A stretch of DNA of 64,000 nucleotides, taken from assembly GCF_000150275.1 (NCBI RefSeq), contig NW_002060951.1:374775-438774 (forward strand). Direction: 5' to 3'. The DNA is from Trichoplax adhaerens (Eukaryota > Animalia > Placozoa). Shown here in pieces: positions 54,946-64,000 of the stretch. Positions within the stretch are counted from its first letter, which is position 1, and every line of letters starts with the position of its first letter. A model generated the notes under the pieces. The model worked only from the letters and a program-made list of their open reading frames with translations, did not search any database and was not told where the DNA came from. The position numbers and the translations under genes are program-made.

Positions 54946-57900
54946 ATGTCAGACGAGGTCGAGAAAGTAGAGGATAGAGCTGAAGGTATGTACTATATTA
55001 ATGATGAAGATCGTTGCAGATTAGATTATTTAATGGCTTGGAATATTCACCGTAAGATTGTTCCAGATGTGTCTAGTGTGTACGCTAGCACTGCACCACA
55101 TTACCATCTATGGAGTAGGTCGATAGATGGTAATCTCTTTTCAGCATATTAAATTAAAGCACAAACAACAGTGAAATTGATTGATTCTACACTAATATAT
55201 CGTCTCAATTGGCATTGCTGATGCTACTGCTGTACTCTTTTATGACTATGAAAGAGTAAAAGATTCTAGAAAACCTCAATTTACCAATTAATGGACTGTA
55301 GTATGTATCTATTGTACTGGCTCTTTACTGCTTGGCTGTAAGATCAAAGCATTCGTCCTGTGTATAGTACAGCCGGAAAAATAGCGCTTCTAGCTTGGGT
55401 AGCAATGCTTTGAATCATAGAATATGCGTTTACATCTTGTCTGTCCAATAGTACCATTTCCTATTATTGAAAAGTTGTAGTAGTAGAATAAAATTCTATT
55501 CACTGAACTTGCATTGATAATGATATGTCCAGCGCGTTTCATTCCAGCCATTATACTGTATAAATTTATTGTAAATGGACAGCACGGTATAGTAGTTTAC
55601 TACGTAATCCCTTGAAATGATGCGCTTTGTGACTACAGTTCCTACCTAAATGCTCGTTAAGCTGAGATCAAATATCATTTTCATGTTTCATTGTTTGGAT
55701 GTACTATATAGTATACACAATTTATAAATACAAGGATATTTAAAAATATTCTCTAAAAATGTACTATCATTTTTAGTAGCGGAGTCGAATGAAGATCACG
55801 TCGGAAAGGTAAGAATCTCTGAATAAACACTTTGTTCAAAAATTATTCCCAACTAATTAATGCCTGATTTGGATGGTCAATTTTACTGGCGTAGCTGTAT
55901 CATATATGCTTAAACTTACTATACATAAAAGGAAACTTGCATAGCAGTGATCGTTAGCTATACAATGAGTAATTTTTTCTTCATTTGCGAGAGACTGTAC
56001 AGTATATCGTAAAGTTCTCAACCTTTCTCTTTCTCGTCATGCAACTCAACTTTAAAATTAGCGTATTCGATGAATTAGAACGTACTCGTACCTTCAACTA
56101 TACACATAATAGTCCTTCATGTTAGTATACAAAAATTCGATAATTATATTATAATACTATTATAAATTTTAAATTTTTGTACTTTGTATGGATCTTCAGA
56201 TATCTACGGGTAGGTGCTCTTTTTATGCACTATGCTCTAGTTACAGCATGATAGCAAACGATGTGCAGTATTAGCTTTGACTTTAACAATCCAACATTCT
56301 TACTATTGGACTGAAGTAAGTTAGTGATCGTTGACTAACTTTAAGTGGGAACGTACTGTATATCGCAGTCTTTAGACTTGTGAACCGTAAAACTTCATTT
56401 TACAAAGTTGCTGAAATACTGTATAATAAATTGAAGTAAATTTGTAATCCATAAGCTCATAGGATTCTGAGGATAACACAAATCAAATGGATAATTGTTT
56501 GACTGAGTATCGTTGTGCTACTATAGACTGTCTACAACATGAATATGTCAGTACTGTTATGATAATACTATCACGCCATACAATTGTAAATTTGTGCACA
56601 AATTCATGAAATAGTAATGCGAAGAAATTTCATGCCTACGATATAAATAGCCATTTACGGGATGTAGGAGTATACTCTTCTCACAGTGGTTAAGTTCAAA
56701 GTAATGTAAAATTTTGAGAAAAATTAATAAATTATTATCGTTTTAATTTAATTACCTACTTTTGCAAATGCGGACCAATATATATGCAGCGAAAACTTGA
56801 AGAAGAAGAAGAAGTAAAAGGTGCGACTAGTCTTAACAAATAGATAAACAAAGTAAAAATGTTTAACAACCAAATGGATCTTTGATTTGGTTGAGATATA
56901 ATATTTACTTTCTAATAATAAGGTCGTGATCATTTTATAGAAAACAACCAAGAGACGGAAGGTCCTGTGATGTTTACTTCACAGAATACAGAATATTACA
57001 ATTTTTTTTTATTAGACGTACTTAAGTGTTCACCATTTACGTGATAATGCCGAGTTATGGACGGCAATGCATTATTATTAATATTAATGCTATCTTTTTT
57101 GGATGTTTAGAATGTAAACGTAAGAAAACTTCGCCTGACGAAGGTGAAACTGGTAAGGATTTGATAATTACATCAGTGGTACACCATCATTTGCGTATTA
57201 TCTTTTCTTAATCCTATAAAATATCTAATATCTTTAAATGCTTTAAATGTTATAAAAGAAAAAGAAGTTTCTGCGATAGGTATAAAATATTGACTATAGC
57301 TTGCTGACATATCATTATGACATGATTACATTAGAAATTTACGATTAAACTTTTATTAACGGAGTTAGCCTACTAGATAACAGTATTTGATGATAATGTT
57401 TTTAATTAATTTAGTAGCCTCTATTACATTAGTGATTTTATTTTTGCACCTATATTATCGTACTAAGTTAACATACTGCAGTAAATACTTTAAACATAAT
57501 TTTCAACATTTCTGATCACACTTAACGGATACTGCTAAGTTTATCCTTATGCAAATCGTAGGATCTGATATGGCGAGTGGTTTCTTCGCTCCATCCCGAC
57601 TAAAACCAGCAGCTATTCCTGTTATGCAATTTACTAACTTAACAAGTATATGCTAATGATGTTTTTGTAAACTTAAATTTATAATACTGTTGCTTATCAG
57701 TGATGTACTTTTACTCATTGCAGTTAGTAAAATTATATGAAAGTTTGCTTTAGTAATAAGCTTTATGCAACTGCACATTACTTCGTTACTACCTACTAAT
57801 GTTGATAACTATTCTTGTAGGCGAATCATCCAGTTCCTTCGGTGGCTCTGCATGGAAAGAAGCATTGGTATGTTAAAAAATTTTACTAAATATGGATACA

Positions 57901-59200
57901 AATTTTATAAATTTACAATTATTATGTGTTTAATTATATAAGAAACTAATTTTATTGCAGAATATCAAGCAACCATTCTCATTCATGAGTTGCCATAGTG
58001 AGAGTGTGAAGAGTTCTAGCAGTAACCAGGATAATGATAATCTACCAACAAAGGGCGACAATTTTGCTTTAAACGGTGATGATATAACGAAAGAAAACAT
58101 TTTTCAGAAGTTTCTAAAAAAAAATGATTCCCAAAATGCGAACTCAAAAAGCGAAACTAGTGAAAATAATCCATCGAAATCCGATACCAAAGTATGAGAC
58201 GTAGGAATTAGAAAGTTATAGCGGCAAATGCATGATGTTGATATTATCCCAATTTACTTATATACAATAATGCATTGTTTACATCTATAAAGATTACGGA
58301 AGAATCAGACCCGGAAAAAACACAGAAAATTAGCACTGAAGTTCAAGAAAGTAGCAAAGACGATGCAGAAAAGAACGGTAACACATAGCTTCTTTTTGCA
58401 TTACGTGCAAATGTTGAAGAAGAATCTGTCGAATTATTGTTATTTATTAGATACTGTACACTCTAACGTAGTAATGCTCGACTATGGTTGAATATGTAGA
58501 ACCTAGCAGTTCCAGTTTTGAGAAATCTCTGCCAATTGGAAGTACGAAACTCGATAGAAAATATGAAGAAGTTCCAGTGGTCACTGGCGAAGAACACGAA
58601 ACACAAATGATAGAGGTATTGGTCTTTACATATTGAAATTAGACTATGCTGTTGTCAGAAGTTTTTTTCACTTTTTTGTACTCTTATTATTAGATGCCTT
58701 GTCAATTATATAAGTTTGTACCATCTTCGAAAGTATGGCAAGAATGTGGCAGAGGAATTTTACATTTAAATGATTCAAAATCGCCAGATAATGAAGTATT
58801 GCAATCTCGAATAGGTACATTTTCTTATGAAAGATATAAGCTATTGCTACGAAAATGGTGGACCAATGTTAATTTCATTTGTTCTTAATGTACCCTTTTG
58901 TACTAGTTATTAGGGCTAACGCTACCCATCGAGTTATTCTTAATACAAAAGTATGGCCGAAGATGAAAGCTGAAAAAGCGAATAGTACATCACTACGTTT
59001 TACGGCATATGATATGAACTCTGAAGTTTGTATCTATTTAATTCAGGTAACACAGCATCAATAGTACCAGATACTGGAGTTATCAAAGTACACATAAATT
59101 ATAATATACATTTTTTAAAATTTTGATTATTTAGTCTCGAAATTCGGATCTAATCAAACAACTGCAACAAGCCATCGATGTTCGCACTAGATCACTCTAA
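54946..59200 (+). CDS. RANBP3: Ran-binding protein 3-like (NLS, low-complexity middle, C-terminal RanBD), ~351 aa; exons 54946-54985, 55777(or 55780)-55808, 56790-56820, 56941-56961, 57111-57152, 57562-57645, 57821-57867, 57961-58191, 58293-58377, 58500-58615, 58694-58814, 58907-59046, 59135-59200
   Basis: RanBD: EEVPVVTGEEHE..MPCQLYKF..WQECGRGILHLND..QSRIVIRANATHRVILNTKVWPKMKAEKA. N-terminal KRK..KRKK and RLKP motifs. The exon chain is phase-consistent; the small 5' exons are less certain. Confidence 0.8.
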
Positions 59201-60337
59201 TTCTATTTTAAGTATAGAGCTGAAAATATTTGTGGTATTTATGATCTCATGCATGAAAGACTTTGTACATTGCAGGAAAGTGCATACAGAAGGTGCACAA
59301 AATAGATGTAATGATATCGTTTAATGTAATTAAGCTTCCAATGTATCTAGGAAGGTTGAATTATCAATTTACACACGAGTATGTAGTAATTGTTACAAAA
59401 AGATTGAACGTTTAATAATGTATACTTTATGCGTATTTGTTGGTATGTACCTTCGTCTTCTTCTTTAGTTAAGTCAAGCGTAATGCCAGGTGGTAGCTGT
59501 AAATGCTCGGGCATTTTTTTGGATACTACAACCATAAAAGTACTAGTCATTAAATTTTCTTTATTTTAAAGTGATTTGATCGGGATTAGGATTATTTTTT
59601 GCAAATGTTATGCAAATTAGAGTACATAAACTAATTTCTAAATTCAAAGCCTTAAACGCATACAATAAATAAAATGGTAACGTGACTTATCCCGCGATTT
59701 TATCTTAATTATATAGTCTACAGTATCATTTTTCAATAATCAAGGTATCCCTTAAGTTTATATGGGGAATACGGCCTAAAATTTTGTAATATGGATCCTC
59801 ACACTGACATTTACCAATATTCAATTACCAGTCAATAACTACTTAACAAAATGAATATTTATTTTACACTACAATTTTCCAAATGTCTAGGTAAGTCCAA
59901 ACAATTCTAATAGCTATAGACCACTATTACAGGGGCGTGGTGAGCCCTCTAAAATGGTTGAATACTGTATGTTAAGCTATGGTGTTGCCTTAAATTATGC
60001 CTTTAAATTGTGAAGAAATGTACTTTAAATTTGGCTCGAAATTCCATGCAGACAGATCAGTACAACCTTGAGCTATTGGCTCTTGATATTTTTATTACAT
60101 TTTATCGCAGTATTGAATAATTCTATTTCTTTCAAATTTCTAATACAAACTATCAGTCGCTGTTACATGTTCGTGAACTCCAACTATTTTACAAGTCACG
60201 TCGTAATACCGGTCTATAATAGCTGTTAAGCGAGTCAAATAAGAAAAGAAAGCAAATATTGGCATAACTGCATTAACAATAATTATATAATCGGGTTTAC
60301 TTTAAATTATATTGGTATAACAGCAATATGATGATCT

Positions 60338-63300
60338 TCATGTATTTCTCGCTGCAAATGACACTTTATCGTATATTTCTGAAAAAGCATCTTTGCAGTT
60401 TGGAATGCTATCTCTTAACTTATTATACAACGTGTGATCAAACATCTTGTAAAATTCTTCTCTGGTCATGTACGAATCCGCATATAGCATTTGAAATCTG
60501 AGATAAATATTAGAATGCTTTAATTGAAGTTTACGGGACGAGCAAGTTTATTAAAATACAGTACTTTAAAAGATTTTACCCTTTAACACTCGTAACAAAA
60601 TGTTCAATTCTTCGGATAGTTTCTTTTGCGACGAAATTTTCAACTTTAGGCTCACCGTAAGCTCCTATATCAACATACATTTCTTCCACCTTAGATGCCG
60701 GTTTGACGAATCCAGGAACTTTATATAATTTCATAGGACAAAGCCATAACGGATAATTCTGAAATAAAAATATATAATATACGAATACCAATGCGTTATA
60801 GCGAGTTATTTGCTTCCATCGGATTGCTGAGAGCTACTAGCTATCATTTGCTTTACCATATGTAAATGAGAGACTAAATAGTCAACTACAATGACTGAAG
60901 GTTTATTAATGTTAATATGTCAATTACTGTGCCAATTGTATAGTTCTGCCGTGTTAGAGCGATAGCAAGGCATTAACGTAACTATCAGTGTTTTCAGTTA
61001 GGCTTTGCTTAAAAATTTTAAGCCCTAACTGCGCCAAAGCTATCAATTAATTCTTAGTACTACAGTTTAATATATATATTTAGTATCAACACTAATTAAC
61101 TTACTTGAAATTCTTTTTGAAATACGTCTAACGACTCGTTGAGACGTTGCATCGGCACAAGCATGTCTTGAACAATTTGGTGTTTCTCATACAGTTTTTT
61201 AATTGCTTCGGTTTGGGTTAATTTTAATAAAGAAATTTTTGGAGGTGTCATCCAACCAAAAAGATAGCGAAAAATTACGTTGTTACCAAATGGAATAATA
61301 TCCTATAGAACATGTATATCGTAAACTAGTTAGAATACCTATCGTTGGTTAACTGCAATGAAATAAATTAAGCTAATTACTATGGCAAATTTAAAGTATC
61401 TCAACTACAGTCCTATACAAGAAGCTAACTGCTGATATCATCATGCCTGTATCTCCCAGAAAATACTACGACTGTGTCGATGATAATAATGTCGTAAAGG
61501 AATATATTCCGTCTTGGGCCCTCCGCGCAAAATATTTTCAACATATTTATAAAACCATGGTTTCCAATAATCGCCAATACGGTTAATCTACATATACAAT
61601 GTTGCAAAGAATAGCTTATCTTTACAAAGTTTAAATATTATTAGCTATACCGAACACACAACCATTATATTTATAGAAAACTGTTGCTTATCTCATAAAA
61701 TCAAGAATAATACAGTAGTCATATCTCATGGTTGGATAAGATAGCCTTGGTTCGACAGTAGATTGTAATACTGTAACTGAGATATATTAATAATTAATAT
61801 GAATTGAGAATGCTCACTTTGTCTGGTTCTACATTGTCGGTCATGGTCCCAGTCATAATAACTGCCTCTTCAGAACTATACATCAACCCCTCCACAAAAT
61901 CGTTAGTTTCATCATTGGATGCCTCTTCAAATAACTTTATGCTTTCACCGCGGCTATGACTAGGTTGATAATTCAGCTTGACATATTTCTTTGCAGGTAC
62001 AATTTTGATTTCTGCGCTTACAAGAAAGCCTAGCGTTCCATACGACCAGGGTACAGCATAGAATAGATCAGAATTCTCCTTCTACAAGTGATTATATGCA
62101 AAGTGAGAATCTCTCTTACAGTATAAAGTGTAAGCTATTAACCTTTAAAGTAAAAGATATTATGTAGTATACAATATGTATCCTCACTCCTTATTTTGCA
62201 TACCTCATTAGCAACGACCACACGACCATCACTAAGCACAAGCTCATACGATACACAAATATGTTGAAATAATCCATGAACATGAGAGGAACTTTCAACC
62301 CCAGTGCCCATAATCAGACCACCTGTTCAGGTATATCATTTAGCTCATGATTTGAAATGTGGCATGTAGTATGTAGCCTTTGCTACATACTTTTGTAATG
62401 TTGAAGTTGCAGTTATAGAGTGCTAATAAATATTTATCAGTGCTCACCTACTGTTAAATCATCGAGTTCAGGTAACACAGCCAAAGTCCAACCTAGAGGA
62501 TTAAGCGTTGCGCTAATTTGCCCCATGGTAGCTAACGGTTCTACGGTGATAGTTTGACGTTTGGTGTCTATATTTAATATATCTACCAAATTTACTGCAA
62601 TTTGATGAGATCTTTTCTTATATTGCCCAGGCCTTAAAGAAACATTCATCCAGCCAGGTCTAGCAGTACACATTTTCTTACGTGGTTGTGAGTTTTGCCA
62701 TTGCTTAATCTGATTTTGGACATTTTCGACTCTCGATTGATGTTGTTTAGGAGCGCTTCTCATGGCAAAAATTATCTTGTTGCGAATAAAGAAATAGATA
62801 TCGAAGAAGAAGGAAGCAGGCAGGAGGAATAGAATGACAAAAACATAGCGATACTTGATGACAAGATACTCCATGCCAAGCGATCTAAGATGAAGTACGA
62901 ATCCAATCAACCCAACCGCAATTACGGCCGTTGTTAAATCGATAGGACTAGCGTCTAATAGATTCAATCAATGTAAGATTGATACAATAATTATAATTAA
63001 TAGCTTAGAGATTATCAACAAGCAAAATGACAGAATTGCAATCACGTAAAAGTAATGGAAGAGATTGGGAAGAACACTGAGGAGGTTTTACTTTAACACC
63101 TCAAGCTACAACGAACATCAGATGGATGTTGAGGTGGGTACATGGTTCTAACAGTAGGTGGATTTGTATAGTATAAATCAATGACTCATACTGCATTTGA
63201 CACCGGAAATGAAGGATATCTTGCCATCTTCTATCTTAAGTTGTATCATTGTTTTTATTTAGCTGAAAAATCTAGAGTATGCTACAGTAAAATAGCAGGA

Positions 63301-63746
63301 ATAGTGTTAGTGTATTTACGAGTATTACACAAATTTAGTAGCACAGGAACTTCATGCATTGATGACGCATATGCGCAGAGTAAACTACTTTGATACTTGT
63401 AGGTTGCAGCGTTTTTTTTACATTGACCGGCATGGAAGGCTAGCAAAGTAATCTCTAATAATGCACAGTACATGCAGAGATGATACACAGTTTGCATAAA
63501 CTAACTACTAGCCAGTAAGACGCGACGTCATAAAGCAAGGGATAAGCCGTGTTAACCTCCTGTGCCTAATGATTCATTTTCAAATTACCAATTATTTAAT
63601 GTATGCGTATGTTATTCATGCAGAAATTGTTCGTTTGGCTTGTAATTGATTGATTTCAGCAGTTGAAAGCTAATCACTTTCAAATTATTCGAATAGCACA
63701 ACATTATTAGAATATTAGCAGATAATGTGTTATTACCTAAGGTCAT
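60338..63746 (-). CDS. DHCR24: Delta(24)-sterol reductase DHCR24/seladin-1, ~525 aa; exons 63746-63737, 62954-62448, 62322-62204, 62081-61818, 61587-61447, 61302-61105, 60758-60580, 60497-60338
   Basis: [18 protein letters not shown]; MCTARPGW; [10 protein letters not shown]; [24 protein letters not shown] (FAD-binding); [13 protein letters not shown]; [12 protein letters not shown]; YPLWLCP; VDIGAYGEP; GFQMLYAD; EIYDKV. The start is placed in a 10-nt coding exon (caccATGACCTTAG|GTAAT). Confidence 0.93.
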
Positions 63747-64000
63747 GGTGGTGTCGTCGATAAGTTTCTCTTGCTATAAATTAGATTGGATACAGCAATT
63801 TTGATATGGCAGAGCTAGCTATTTCGTAACCTATTAGACGGATTTGTAGCCGCCTGTTGACACTGCGCTGTCTGGATTTTTGATACCAGGCGTAGTAGTT
63901 ACGGTAGTATCACGTGAAACGGCACACGGCCACGGGCATACAGTACGATACTGTACTTGCGTATACCGTAATGCAAAACGGATACCGTGCGTGCTATACT

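Noticed and set aside
56463-56506. Candidate extra RANBP3 exon (DSEDNTNQMDNCLT)
   Set aside because: Its likely donor is phase 2 and does not fit the next exon in the chain.
59347-59550. Minus-strand 67-aa ORF with a possible donor (GAAG|GTACA) between RANBP3 and DHCR24
   Set aside because: No downstream exon or domain found; lies in the probable 3' UTR zone of convergent genes.

Overview
AT-rich, intron-containing animal genomic DNA. Composition, short introns and gene content suggest an early-branching metazoan, most likely a placozoan (Trichoplax-like); this is an inference. The left ~37 kb is gene-sparse: two tandem, same-strand DMRT (doublesex/mab-3) genes with 4-5 kb introns, separated by a ~21 kb gap without recognisable genes. 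The first gene has a DMA domain (DMRTA-like), the second does not. The right ~27 kb is a compact block: OMA1 (-), CAAP1 (+), ELAV/Hu (-), METTL4 (+), RANBP3 (+), DHCR24 (-). I reconstructed their exons by hand from splice sites, phase and remembered homology. Highlights: (1) DMRT, ELAV, CAAP1, OMA1, DHCR24 and RANBP3 have human homologs in the paralogous regions 1p32, 9p21 and 19p13, suggesting a very old linkage; (2) METTL4 has no in-frame AUG for its first 122 codons, and a CUG sits where the human Met aligns; (3) three GC-AG introns among ~41; (4) palindromic (TACAG/CTGTA)n arrays mark promoters of the compact genes but not the DMRT loci; (5) a triplicated ~180-bp promoter unit, a duplicated intronic element with a compensatory base change, and a 90-bp TGT...ACA MITE-like element. 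No rRNA, tRNA or CRISPR was recognised.
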